Below are positions 37,739 through 48,400 of a DNA stretch of 52,801 nucleotides, piece by piece; position 1 is the first letter of the stretch, and every line of letters begins with the position of its first letter. The DNA lies in NCBI GenBank assembly GCA_013298375.1, contig JAAFHM010000001.1:1-52801 (forward strand), written 5' to 3'. The translations under genes and the position numbers were made by a program. Under the pieces are notes generated by a model. That model worked only from the letters and a program-made list of their open reading frames with translations, was not told where the DNA came from and ran no database searches. The DNA is from Ignavibacteria bacterium. Lineage in GTDB: Bacteria; Bacteroidota; Ignavibacteria; Kapaibacteriales; UBA4661.

Positions 37739-39169
37739 CTACCAATGCAGCAGAAAAAATGACGTGCAACCTGCAATGGTAAATGCCAGCGACCACCACG
37801 CTATGCGCGGTTGCTTGGTAAGACCACCCCACCAGCCCGCCAATGCTGCGCCGATGAATAAGACCAGACTCAAAGCATAAAAGCGCTGTGGCACAAGGGG
37901 TTTGCCAATGCGAAAAAGATAAATGCTGCTACGGCTTTCCAACCCGATAGAATCTATTGCTGCGAGTTTCACATACCACTCGCCTTCAGGCAGCAAAACG
38001 TCTGCGGAATCGCCCTGGCTGGTAATGGAGTGAAGAGGTTTGTCGAACGTGATGGCATTTGCTACCTCAAATCGGGTACGAGGCGCGGTTTTGCGCCATA
38101 AAAAAGAAATCGTACCAGCATAAAGCGAATCCATACCAAGCGGCTCTAAAAGCTGCGGTACAGGCGGCAGTAATCGGGGCTGCTCTGGTGGCATATTGGC
38201 GGCAATACGTGTCCCAAAATTCTCTTTGACCGTCATACTTGCGCCCGTAGTAGCGCCTTCGGTGCTTTTGAGTGTGATATTGCCTGTGTGAACCGATACC
38301 AAGGAACGTTTTGCCGAATCAACCTCAATTTTTGCGCTACTCTGCCCCAGTGCAAATTCCCCACTGTTTGTGCTAATACGCAAGGTTTCTGATTCCTTGA
38401 GCGACTTCAGTTTTATCCATAGACCACCTTGAACAAGACGTAATTGTTCACTAGGCTTTCCAGCAAGCGGCGAGGCGGCTTGTCCGTACAAAACAACGAC
38501 CGATTGTTCTGCAATTTGAACACGATGTTTGTTGGCAAATGTTATTTCCGCGCGAGCTTTTGCGCCCGTCTCCAGACGATGATATTCATAAATTGGCTCG
38601 CTTAATTTTGCCGGATGCCAGTCCACATCCCAAGGTGCAAGCGATCGCACCGGTGGCAACATAGCAGTAATGCGCCCTTCGGGTGCAAGCGGCGTGTTGT
38701 TTCTGTTGGTGAGCGGGCGCTCGGTAAAAGGGCTTGTGGCGGTGATTTCCACGCGACGGTTCTTGCCGCGCCCTTCGTCGGTATCATTGGAGGCAATAGG
38801 GTTTTCTGAGCCACGCCCAAGAGTTTTGATGCGTGCAGCCGCAACGCTATTGCGGACGAGATATTCTTTAACAGCATTTGCCCGTGCTTCCGATAAACGC
38901 TTGTTTGCTAGTGAGTCGCCCTGATTATCGGTATAGCCAACGATTTCCATGTATAAATTTGGACGTTTTGCGAGATAAGCGCTTAATTCCTTGAGCCATG
39001 CCGATTCTTGATTCGAGAGTGTAGCACTGCCCGCCTCAAACATATTGCCTTTGACAATGAGCCTTTTTCCGGGGCGAAAGTCAAAGTCTTTGGGTGAGTC
39101 TAAGCCCATGGAAAAAATAAGCATAAGTGCGCTGAGAGCAAGTATGATGTTGTGTTTCTTCATGATCAT
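37739..39169 (-). CDS. Membrane-anchored OmpA-domain / FecR-like domain protein
   Basis: A signal peptide is present. The OmpA_C motifs are IVGYTDNQGDSLANKRLSEARANAV and NRRVEI. The middle region (RLVQGGLWIKL...GEFALGQSSAKIEV...VSVHTGNITL) resembles the FecR sensor fold. Two C-terminal TM helices follow. It begins 16 nt downstream of the kinase gene. Confidence 0.75.
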   Translation of the reverse strand: MIMKKHNIILALSALMLIFSMGLDSPKDFDFRPGKRLIVKGNMFEAGSATLSNQESAWLKELSAYLAKRPNLYMEIVGYTDNQGDSLANKRLSEARANAVKEYLVRNSVAAARIKTLGRGSENPIASNDTDEGRGKNRRVEITATSPFTERPLTNRNNTPLAPEGRITAMLPPVRSLAPWDVDWHPAKLSEPIYEYHRLETGAKARAEITFANKHRVQIAEQSVVVLYGQAASPLAGKPSEQLRLVQGGLWIKLKSLKESETLRISTNSGEFALGQSSAKIEVDSAKRSLVSVHTGNITLKSTEGATTGASMTVKENFGTRIAANMPPEQPRLLPPVPQLLEPLGMDSLYAGTISFLWRKTAPRTRFEVANAITFDKPLHSITSQGDSADVLLPEGEWYVKLAAIDSIGLESRSSIYLFRIGKPLVPQRFYALSLVLFIGAALAGWWGGLTKQPRIAWWSLAFTIAGCTSFFLLHW

Positions 39170-39185
39170 GCGCAAAAAATAGTTG

Positions 39186-41522
39186 TTAATGGACATCAGA
39201 AAAACGTGGCAACTTGAGCCAAAATGTCGAACCCACATTGATCATGCTTTGCACACCGATGCTTCCGCCGTACTGTTCAACAATTTCTTTGATGTATGCT
39301 AAGCCCAAGCCTGTGCCGATTTCTGCCCCTACCCGCATATCGTCGGTGTTGCGGAAAAACTTGGTAAATAAGCGTTCCTGCGCCTCCGGCGCAATACCGT
39401 ACCCCTGGTCGTGGAAAGCCAAATAAACACTGGTTTCGTCAAGATTATATGCTTCTATTTGCAGTGTTTTGCCAAGCTCCGAGTATTTGCAAGCGTTGGA
39501 AAAAAGATTGGTCACGACCTGCCCTAGCAATTTTGCATCACCTTTGACCAAAGCAATATCTGGAGAAATCGAATATTCCACAAGAATATCTTTTGCTGTC
39601 GCAAGCTGCATATTCAGATCAATCGTTGTGAAGATAATTTCTCGGATGTTGCACGGCTCGGCGTTGCGTTGGAATTTTCCTGATTCTATGCGACTTATAT
39701 CAAGAAAGTCATTGATAATATCCCGCAAACGCATACTTTGTGTGGCGATATGCTGCGTAAACATCTGTATTTCGCTCTGCTCTGTAATTTGACCAGAGGC
39801 GATTGCCTCGCTGATACCAAGAATTGTGCTAAGAGGTGTGCGCAGTTCGTGGGCAACAAAAGCTACAATGTCTGTTTTTATGCGCTCTGCCTCTCGTTCC
39901 TGTGTCACGTCGGTCAACGTCAGCACGAGTGCAATAAACTGGCGGTCAAGTATGCAGCCATTGAGCATGAGGTGGAATATGTGTTCGGTTGAGTGCGCTG
40001 GGAACTTGATGGTCAGATCGGTCGTTCGCAACTGCTCCGAGCCTTGGCGCAGCGTCGAAAACATGGACTCTATCTGTTCCAAAAGCGTCGGGTAATCCTG
40101 CAAAACCTCGCTAATTCCCTTATTCTCAAGCGTAATGGGGTCTTTGCGAAGAAAGCCTGCAAACGTATCATTGGCAAGCATAACAGTCTTATTCGGCGCA
40201 ATAATCAACACCCCGTCTTTTGCTTGACGGGCAATCACTTCGAGCGTATTGCGCTCCAAAAGAATCGTTTTTACATCCATGCGGCGGTACTGCTCCAGCT
40301 CTTTAGAGGCAGCGTAATATGTCTCGGAAAGCGTGGCAATATTTCCCTCTTCATCATCAATAGTGCCTTTACCATCTACAGTATTTATATCTGCAAAAGA
40401 ACGCTTTTCTAGCCAATATTGCCAAACTATACCGCCAATAATCATTACCAGTGCCATCGCCGATGCTACGAAAAAACTCCGTAAGCGAAGGTGTGTCAAT
40501 GGTTGATAAACAATAGATTGTGGCTGTTCAATGATGATGCTGAGATTGGTGAGCGGGATACCGGTTATCGTTGCAAATACTTCTTCGTTGTTCGTATTGG
40601 TATATTCCTGCGAAAGGGCATTCGTTTGAATAAAAAGCGTACCAAAAGCAACGCTTTCAATAGCCTCCGAACTACGAAGAACATTGGTAATGTGACTATA
40701 AAACTGTGTTTTGAGACGCGATTCAAGAAGTCCTTTTTCAAGGGTTCTATCGTTGTATCGTGGCGGGAAATCTGTCGTTGCAATTTCTGTTGAAGCTATA
40801 AGCCTACACTCGCTGTCAACGCAGTGAATTGTGCCCCGTGCAGCGCCAAAGGCTTGCAAAGCAATATTGTGGAGCAGTGCCAAATAATATTTTTCCGAAA
40901 GTAAAACGAGCAAATACCCTGAAAAACGTTCTCCCTGCACCGATGTTGCGATAGGCAGAAAAGGCACCATGCGGGAAGTCGTATCGGAAGACTCGTGTGT
41001 TTGCCGAGAAGCATCAGGCAGATACGGTTCTGTGGAAGCGGATGCTGGCGATACTGGTTCACTACGTTGCTGCGTCCACCAAATAGTAATAGGAGTGTTT
41101 TTACCGGATTCGTTTGGGCGAGAAATATTCTTGAGAATAGTTGCAGGGAGTGTGTCGGGGAGATCCGTCGTTAGCTGAGGCTGCTTTGTCAGCGTTTCGA
41201 TACGTTTATAGGCAGTGCTGTATATCCCAACGCTGTGAATAAGCGCGTTATCGTGAAACTGCGTGTTCAGAAAGGCGAGTGCCTCATTTTCGGAAAATGG
41301 AGAGGTGTTCAGTACTGCCCCGGCAATTGCCAAGTCATGGCGTGTTTGCTGAATAGTATTCTGAACGGCACTGGTAAGTGTTTGCGTTAAAGCAAGATGC
41401 GTTTCTCGTGTGTGCGCAGCAAGGGTCTCCCGTTGCTCAGAAATAATAATCGCAATGGCGATGCCAAGCGGTATGATTGTGGCAAAAAAGAGTAGAAATA
41501 CCAATTGTGATGAGCGTTTCAT
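39186..41522 (-). CDS. Membrane sensor histidine kinase (periplasmic domain, TM, PAS-like, HisKA, HATPase)
   Basis: An N-terminal TM helix, a roughly 300-aa extracytoplasmic region and a second TM helix (FFVASAMALVMIIGGIVW) are present. The H-box is VAHELRTPLSTILG, the N-box is FSNACKYS, and a G-box is GTGLGLAYIKEIV. Confidence 0.85.
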   Translation of the reverse strand: MKRSSQLVFLLFFATIIPLGIAIAIIISEQRETLAAHTRETHLALTQTLTSAVQNTIQQTRHDLAIAGAVLNTSPFSENEALAFLNTQFHDNALIHSVGIYSTAYKRIETLTKQPQLTTDLPDTLPATILKNISRPNESGKNTPITIWWTQQRSEPVSPASASTEPYLPDASRQTHESSDTTSRMVPFLPIATSVQGERFSGYLLVLLSEKYYLALLHNIALQAFGAARGTIHCVDSECRLIASTEIATTDFPPRYNDRTLEKGLLESRLKTQFYSHITNVLRSSEAIESVAFGTLFIQTNALSQEYTNTNNEEVFATITGIPLTNLSIIIEQPQSIVYQPLTHLRLRSFFVASAMALVMIIGGIVWQYWLEKRSFADINTVDGKGTIDDEEGNIATLSETYYAASKELEQYRRMDVKTILLERNTLEVIARQAKDGVLIIAPNKTVMLANDTFAGFLRKDPITLENKGISEVLQDYPTLLEQIESMFSTLRQGSEQLRTTDLTIKFPAHSTEHIFHLMLNGCILDRQFIALVLTLTDVTQEREAERIKTDIVAFVAHELRTPLSTILGISEAIASGQITEQSEIQMFTQHIATQSMRLRDIINDFLDISRIESGKFQRNAEPCNIREIIFTTIDLNMQLATAKDILVEYSISPDIALVKGDAKLLGQVVTNLFSNACKYSELGKTLQIEAYNLDETSVYLAFHDQGYGIAPEAQERLFTKFFRNTDDMRVGAEIGTGLGLAYIKEIVEQYGGSIGVQSMINVGSTFWLKLPRFSDVH

Positions 41523-41589
41523 AGCTGTTGTGCTGGTAATCCGTCACGGGAGAATAACTCTCGAAGTTACCAGTTTCTAACTCCAATTT

Positions 41590-42816
41590 CTATGCCAATA
41601 CGGGAAATTCGACGATAAATGTCGAGCCTTTGCCAAGTTCGGATTGGCAGGTAATCGTACCATTCATAGCTTCGGTGAGTTTCTTTGCAATATACAACCC
41701 CAGTCCTGTTGTAACCTCATCCCCTGTGGGTTGAGCCGAAAGGCGGGCAAATTTTCCAAAGAGATTGCTTTGGTCGGACTCAGAAAGCCCTGCACCTTCG
41801 TCGCGCACCTCGCACCGCAAAAACGTATCGCGTTTCAAGAGCGTGACCGTGATTGTTGTTTGCGCTGGCGAGTATTTGATGGCATTGGAAAGAAGATTAT
41901 CCATAACCTGCGTCAAACTGTCGTGACTGCCTTGTATCATCGCGGAAAACGGTGTAGGAATATCAAGTTGGATGCGAATGTTTTTTAATTCCGCTTGATA
42001 CCGATATTCATCCTCAACCAGCCCGCGAAGAATATCTGCCACATCAACCGGAAATGAGTCAAAGCGAAAACTTCCTTCTTCAATGGCACTGACATCCAGC
42101 AAATTATGGATAATCGTGAACATCCGCTCCGATGATTTGACGATATTTTTCAGCATGATCTTCATTGTATCCATTGGTACCACAACATCATCACGTCGGA
42201 CAAATTCCGCCAAGCCCCGAATGGTGGAGAGAGGATTCTTCAGGTCATGGGCGGCAATGGTCATAAATTCATTCTTTTCATTATTCAATTTTGCCAACCC
42301 CGCACTCATAACTTCCAAATACTTATTTTTCTCCGCCAATAAGTCCCGTGTACGCTTGAGTTCGAGATGCGTTTGCACACGTGCCAGAAGTTCCATCGTG
42401 TTGAAAGGCTTGGTGATGTAATCAACCGCACCATTCTTGAATCCATCAACAATATCGTAGCTATCGGCTTTTGCGGTCAGAAAAATAATCGGAATATCCT
42501 TGTACTCAGGATTTGCCTTGAGTTGGCGGCACGCCTCAAAGCCGTTCATTTCGGGCATTTGAATATCCAGCAAAATAAGATGCGGCATTTGCTTGGCAAC
42601 CTGCTCTAAAACCTGCTTCCCATTTTTCGCTGTATCAACCTTGTAGCCCTTGTATCCCAAAACTGCCTTGACAATATTCAAGTTATCCTGCAAATCGTCA
42701 GCAATTAAAATCAGCACATCGCCAGGAGAAACAACACTTGGTGTTGTCGGTGCGACTGCTTGTGCGGCGGAGGTGGCGTTACCAATTATGGGTGAACTAG
42801 ATGAAGGGAATGACAT
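41590..42816 (-). CDS. Receiver-domain / histidine kinase hybrid (REC-HisKA-HATPase)
   Basis: The receiver is VLILIADDLQDN...LILLDIQMPEMNG...ITKPF. The H-box is AAHDLKNPLSTIRG. The HATPase region has LSNAIKYS and TGLGLYIAKKL. The architecture is the same as the protein at 26372-27490. Confidence 0.85.
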   Translation of the reverse strand: MSFPSSSSPIIGNATSAAQAVAPTTPSVVSPGDVLILIADDLQDNLNIVKAVLGYKGYKVDTAKNGKQVLEQVAKQMPHLILLDIQMPEMNGFEACRQLKANPEYKDIPIIFLTAKADSYDIVDGFKNGAVDYITKPFNTMELLARVQTHLELKRTRDLLAEKNKYLEVMSAGLAKLNNEKNEFMTIAAHDLKNPLSTIRGLAEFVRRDDVVVPMDTMKIMLKNIVKSSERMFTIIHNLLDVSAIEEGSFRFDSFPVDVADILRGLVEDEYRYQAELKNIRIQLDIPTPFSAMIQGSHDSLTQVMDNLLSNAIKYSPAQTTITVTLLKRDTFLRCEVRDEGAGLSESDQSNLFGKFARLSAQPTGDEVTTGLGLYIAKKLTEAMNGTITCQSELGKGSTFIVEFPVLA

Positions 42817-42866
42817 AATAATTCCTTGGGAGTTTCCGGCAATACGAATAGTGAATATAAATGGAG

Positions 42867-44690
42867 TTATCGAACAAGCATAAGTGGTTGAACAGTATAA
42901 TGACTCTGCGCGGCGCTCATTATTTCAAGATAGCAATAATAAAGACCATTTGCAATGTTTTCTTCACGAAAAGTGGTGATGTGCTCGCCCCGTAATTCCG
43001 TGCCATTGACAAGCTCCGCAATAATTGTGCCGCGAATGTCTCGTACGCGAATCCGTACAAAAGCAGGAGCATCCAGTGTGTAGGTTATTTGCGCAAGGTC
43101 ACGAACAGGATTCGGCGTAATGCGCAGATTTGCTGCGACTTGTTGTGCCGTAACACTTGTTTGCCCAAGACTGAAGGTGTTTTGCGATGTTTGAGCCGAC
43201 GTGTCAGAATTTTGCGCAATAAAGCGATAAACATATACTCCACGAGGGTCGAGACCAGAAATTACGGTGCTGACGGTGCTTGCGGTATCTTGCGCCGCGA
43301 ACTGCCGCACCATTCGTCGGTTGCGGAGTGCTGGTGGAACAGAAAGTGCATTGTCCCATTCCACAAAAACATCTGTTGCCGAGCCGTTCGGACGCACGAG
43401 CGCGGAAACTTCTGCCGATTGAGTGCCGAGTACATTGACCGATGTTTTCTCAATCGCAGGGGGATTCAAAAGAGCAACAACACGATTACGCAAAGTGGGA
43501 AGTTGCGGGTACAACGCATTGCCTGGGCAGTCCGTCGCGCAGCCGTCTCGATGACCGGAGATATGGTTCAAATTCCGCATAGAATTGGTATGAAAGCTCA
43601 TACCACGAGGATTGATGCTGTTTGCTGAGGCGCGATATGCTAAAAGCCTCACCAAACTTGATAATGCCGCAGGGCTTGGGCTAACGTCGTTGAAATTTCC
43701 CAACATACACACGCCCATTGTTTGACCATTAAAACCACAGAAATGCGCCCCTTGTGTATTGTCGCTTTCACCTACCCATGCTCTTCCTTGATAAATTACC
43801 CCATTCGGGTCAATAAGCCAGTTGTAGCCAACATCCGACCAACCATTAGAATTGACGTGAAACGACCAAATACCGCGTACTGCCGCCGCCCAATCGGTCA
43901 CATCGTTGCCTGGACTGAAGGAGTGATGCACAATAAGGTGCGTTGGTGTTGTCGGGGTGAGCGTGTTGGGTCCGCTTGTTTGTCCCCACGGGCAGCCCCA
44001 GTTGGTGCGGGTTGTAAATACAGGGCGGGGAAACATAGAGTTTTGCAGCGAAGCATTGCTTTTTTGCTGACGCGATGAGGGCAATACTGACGAAAGCGCT
44101 TCAGGTGCTGTGTGTCCAGGGCTGTGGACAAAACAGTGGTAGGATTGCAGGACAGGATTGCGTCGCAGTGCAGAGCGTACTAATTCCACCTTCACGTCAA
44201 TACTGCTCGTCTCAGCAGCGAGAATTGCCGGATGAGTGTGCAAGGTCATATTGCCTGTCTGCCGCGCAAGGTCGTCATTCATGTTTTCATTATCGGCGTG
44301 GTCATCAATCGTAAGCAGTATCCATGCGCTTTCGGGGTGATTGCGCGGGCGGACAGCAATGCGAACATTCTCCGGGGCGGCACTAGCCAGGCGCAGCGTG
44401 ATGCCGCACATCTGAAACGGTGTATTGGTTGAAACCTCAAGTGTTTCGGTAAACATCACCGAACCACGAGCATTATTGCTGCCAAGAAGCACCAAGCCGC
44501 TTGATTGACTGTTCTCTTCCATCATTGTCATTGTTGCGGCGCGTTGTGTCTGCCCTGCGCCAAATTGCCGCTCAATTTTCTGAGAACGCCGTGCTTCGGT
44601 TGGAGTATCTTGTGCGAAGCAGATATTTGAGGCACAAGGCTGCACCAGCACAGCGATTGCTACCAATAGAAAGAAGATGCGGCTATTCAT
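42867..44690 (-). CDS. Secreted N-acetylmuramoyl-L-alanine amidase (Amidase_2/PGRP type) with T9SS C-terminal sorting domain
   Basis: A signal peptide is present. The amidase core is HLIVHHS...VGYNWLIDPNGVIYQGR...GAHFCGFNGQTMGVCMLGNF...ISGHRDGCATDCPG. The C-terminus ITPNPVRDLAQITYTL...IANGLYYCYLEI...LMLVR is a T9SS CTD. Confidence 0.85.
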   Translation of the reverse strand: MNSRIFFLLVAIAVLVQPCASNICFAQDTPTEARRSQKIERQFGAGQTQRAATMTMMEENSQSSGLVLLGSNNARGSVMFTETLEVSTNTPFQMCGITLRLASAAPENVRIAVRPRNHPESAWILLTIDDHADNENMNDDLARQTGNMTLHTHPAILAAETSSIDVKVELVRSALRRNPVLQSYHCFVHSPGHTAPEALSSVLPSSRQQKSNASLQNSMFPRPVFTTRTNWGCPWGQTSGPNTLTPTTPTHLIVHHSFSPGNDVTDWAAAVRGIWSFHVNSNGWSDVGYNWLIDPNGVIYQGRAWVGESDNTQGAHFCGFNGQTMGVCMLGNFNDVSPSPAALSSLVRLLAYRASANSINPRGMSFHTNSMRNLNHISGHRDGCATDCPGNALYPQLPTLRNRVVALLNPPAIEKTSVNVLGTQSAEVSALVRPNGSATDVFVEWDNALSVPPALRNRRMVRQFAAQDTASTVSTVISGLDPRGVYVYRFIAQNSDTSAQTSQNTFSLGQTSVTAQQVAANLRITPNPVRDLAQITYTLDAPAFVRIRVRDIRGTIIAELVNGTELRGEHITTFREENIANGLYYCYLEIMSAAQSHYTVQPLMLVR

Positions 44691-44716
44691 ACGATTCCCC
44701 AGCGATTAGGATGTGA

Positions 44717-45346
44717 TTACATTGCTTTTTGAAGTTCCATCAGAAAACCTTCTTTATTCGTCGAGCCTTCGATGCGTTGAGTAATTTTGCCATTCTTGCC
44801 AAAAATAAATGTCGTTGGGATGGCTTGAACATCGCCGTATAAACTGGAGGCAGCTTGCACCAAATCGCCGCCACCGACAAGATTGATGTAGTTGATACCG
44901 CTTTTTGTTACATAGCCGCTCACAAGTTTTTGTGCTTCCGAGGCGGCAGACTCGTTTTCGAGCGCAATGCCGATAAAGACTACTTTATCACCGTATTCTT
45001 TGGCGAGTTGGATAATATCTGGAATTTCGCGGCGGCACGGCGGACACCATGTAGCCCAATAATTCAAAAAGACCGTTTTGCCTTTCGTAAATTCGGAAAA
45101 CTTTACTTCTTTGCCATTCGCTATCCAAGAAAAATCTGCAACCGCAACGCCCTGTGCTTTTTGAACATTTTTGAGCGTATAGACTAATGTGCCTTGTGTT
45201 GAAGCGGCTTCGGGGGGTGCGTTCTTTGCCTTTTTTGCTTGTTGCGCTTCGGCATCGTTTCCGGTGCAACTCAAGGTGAAAAAGGTAATTATCAAAGCAA
45301 TCACTGTTGACCGTGATAGTGAGAGGACATACGATACGCGAGTCAT
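44717..45346 (-). CDS. TlpA-like thiol:disulfide oxidoreductase lipoprotein
   Basis: A lipobox (FTLSC) and the thioredoxin motif NYWATWCPPCRREIP are present. Confidence 0.85.
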   Translation of the reverse strand: MTRVSYVLSLSRSTVIALIITFFTLSCTGNDAEAQQAKKAKNAPPEAASTQGTLVYTLKNVQKAQGVAVADFSWIANGKEVKFSEFTKGKTVFLNYWATWCPPCRREIPDIIQLAKEYGDKVVFIGIALENESAASEAQKLVSGYVTKSGINYINLVGGGDLVQAASSLYGDVQAIPTTFIFGKNGKITQRIEGSTNKEGFLMELQKAM

Positions 45347-45409
45347 AATATCGGAGGAGAAAAGTGGTAAAATGTGTCAGCCGGATTGGTAATTTAGCAA
45401 AAATTTGTG

Positions 45410-48400
45410 TTAAATCGTTCCGCGTTGTAAAATCGGTATTTCGACAAAAAACGTCGTACCATTGCCGACTTCAGTCTCGAACCAGACTTCCCCACGCATG
45501 ATTTCAATAAGTTTATTGACGATGGATAAACCCAGCCCCACGCCTTGAATTGTGCTGGATTCCGTTTTTTCCGAGCGATAAAAAAGGTCGAAAACGTAGG
45601 GCATATCCTCATCGGCGATACCCATTCCTGCATCTTTCACGCTCCAAACTACCGTGTCTGTTTTCTGCTTGAATGTCACTTCGACGGTTGTTTTGGGTGG
45701 CGAGAATTTGACGGCGTTGGACAGAACGTTGGACAAGACTTGCCGTAAGGATTCCTCGTCAATATTCATCACCGATGTTTCTGTTTCGGCTTCAAACGTG
45801 ATAATGTGCGCATTCTCGCCAAATTCTTGGGCTTGATTTACGTTGAAATCGCGCACCAATTCTTCGGTGCGCCTCACGACATCGGCGGGCATAAGGCGAA
45901 GTTGGCGGTTTTCGATGGTACTCATCGTGATGACCGCATCAAGGATGCTGACAAGGCGTTTGGAGCTTTCCTCGATATGTCCAAATTGCTTTTGGCGCTG
46001 GTCGCTGCTCATTTTGTCAATGTAGCGCTGCAAAATACCGCAAGAAGACTGTATGACCGTAATGGGAGTGCGAAACTCATGCGAAATTGAGGCAATAAGC
46101 CGTGCGCGAAGGGTGTTGATTTCCTGTTCCTGTACAAGTGCATTTTCGAGTGCTTCCTTTGCTTGCTTGAGTTCGATAGTGCGCTCTTGAATACGCGATT
46201 CTAACTCTTGATTCAGTGAATGAAGCTCTTCAAGCGTTTGGTCGAGAAGTTGATTCTTTTCATTGAGTTGCTGGTTTATTTCGGCAAACTGGACGTTGCG
46301 ATTTTCGACTTGGCTATTGCGGTCTTGCAATTCCATGTTTGCCAGTTCGATTTCTTGCGCTAATTCGTTCAAAATCGTGATTTGGCGCTGTACTTCTTGA
46401 GTGCGTTCGTCAACCGTTTTTTGCAAAAGACGATTTGTTTCTTCAATCGTTTTGACGCGCCATTTGTACACCGCAAAAGCCGCTGCTGCCGCCATTCCAA
46501 CCCATATCGCAATCGCCCACCAGCGCAAATACCAATACGGGAGAATCACGACCCGCAAGGCAGTACCTTCCTCATTCCAAACGCCGTCGTTATTGGCTGC
46601 TTTGACGCGCAGAATATACGTTCCACCGCTCAAATTCGTGTAGGTGACTTCCCGCCGTGTGCCGCAGTATTGCCAGTTTTCATCGAAACCTTCGAGTTTG
46701 TAAGCATAAACATTTTTTTCGGGCAATGTGAAATTGAGCGCGGTAAATTGAAACGAAATCACGTTGTCTTGCGCCGGAATTTCAATCTCATTCATAATCG
46801 AAATAGATTGCGGCAAAACAACGGGAATATCACGCTTACGAAGCCCTGTGATAATAACGGGCATCATGTAGGCATTGTTTCGGATGCTATCGGGAAAAAA
46901 CTCATTAAAGCCGCGAATACCGCCAAAATACATTCGCCCACTTGCACCTTTGTAGTATGCTCCGGTATTAAATTCATTATTCTGTAAACCATCGGCGGCA
47001 TCGAAATTATGAAACATTCGTGTCATGGATTTCTCATCGCTTTTTGCCGAAACATCAGGCGTGTAGCGTGAAAGCCCTCTATTGGTACTTAACCACAAGT
47101 TGCCGGAATTATCCTCCAAAATACCATAAATCACATTGTTCGGCAATCCGTCTTTATCGCGCAGAGCGGTAAATGTTTGCTTCTCGGCATCAAACCGATT
47201 AAGTCCACCTGCCGTCCCGAACCACATTCTGCCCGTGCGGTCTTGGTAAACACTCCGAACGATATTATTGCTCAGGCTCCCTGCATTGGCAGCGCTGTGT
47301 TTGTAGGTGGTAAACTCTTGTGTCAGAGGTTTTAAGCGGGATATACCGCCGCCATTGGTGGCTATCCAAATATCGCCTTTGCTGTCTTTGTAAAGACCGA
47401 AAATGTAATTATGCGCCAGCGAATTTTCATTGTTCTGCTCGTGGGTGTAATGAGCAATAAATTTGCCCGACGCAGGGTTGAAGCGATAAATGCCTGCACC
47501 CATCGTGCCAAGCCAGAGCATTCCCTCATTGTCCGTGACAATAGCGTGAGAGAAGCTGTTTGTATCGGGTATGCCCGGATTGGTATTTGGTGGATTAAAC
47601 GTCGTGAATCGCCCGTCAGTGGGATTAAAGCGCACGAGACCTTTGCCTGTGGCTAACCACAATATTCCCTTGGTGTCTTCGTGTATCGCACGAATCGTAT
47701 TGAGCGGATTGCTGCCATCAGCCTTTGTGCCGGGAAAATACTGAACAAACTCGCCTGTGGTGCGATTGGCGAGTTTATTGAGTCCGTTACTCGTTCCAAC
47801 CCAGAGCGTCCCTTTGCGGTCTTCGAGGAAGGAATAGACAAAATGATTGCTTATCGGAGCCGGGTTGTGGGTGTTGCGCTGATAGGTCGTAAATTTTGCC
47901 AATGCAGGGTCGTATTTATTGACACCGCTCCCGTAGCTCCCAGCCCAAATAACGCCGGAACGGTCTTCGTAGAGAGAAATAATAAAATTATTACTCAGCG
48001 ATGCGCTTCGTGTGTCCTCAGCTTTATGGGCGGTAAACGTTTGCGTCAAAGGGTCAAAATGTAACAATCCGCCGCCGTATGTCCCCAACCACAGTTTGCC
48101 TTGTCTATCCTCGCAGAGCGCTCGTATGCTATTGACGCTGAAAACTTGCATCGCGGGCGATGTCTGGCGTAGCGTTGTGAAGGTTTGCGATTCTCTCTCC
48201 AGAACACTTAGACCGTTTTCCGTCCCAATCCATAGTCGGCTTGTGGCTTTGCCGAGAAGCAGAGAATAGACTTTGGGGTGCGCAAGCTCTTTGCTGAAGA
48301 GCAGTGCTTTGCCAGTGCTGGTGGAAAATTTGATAAGCCCTTCGGCAGTGCCTATCCATAACACATTTTCTTTCTCTGCTGCAATCGCATACATATCATT

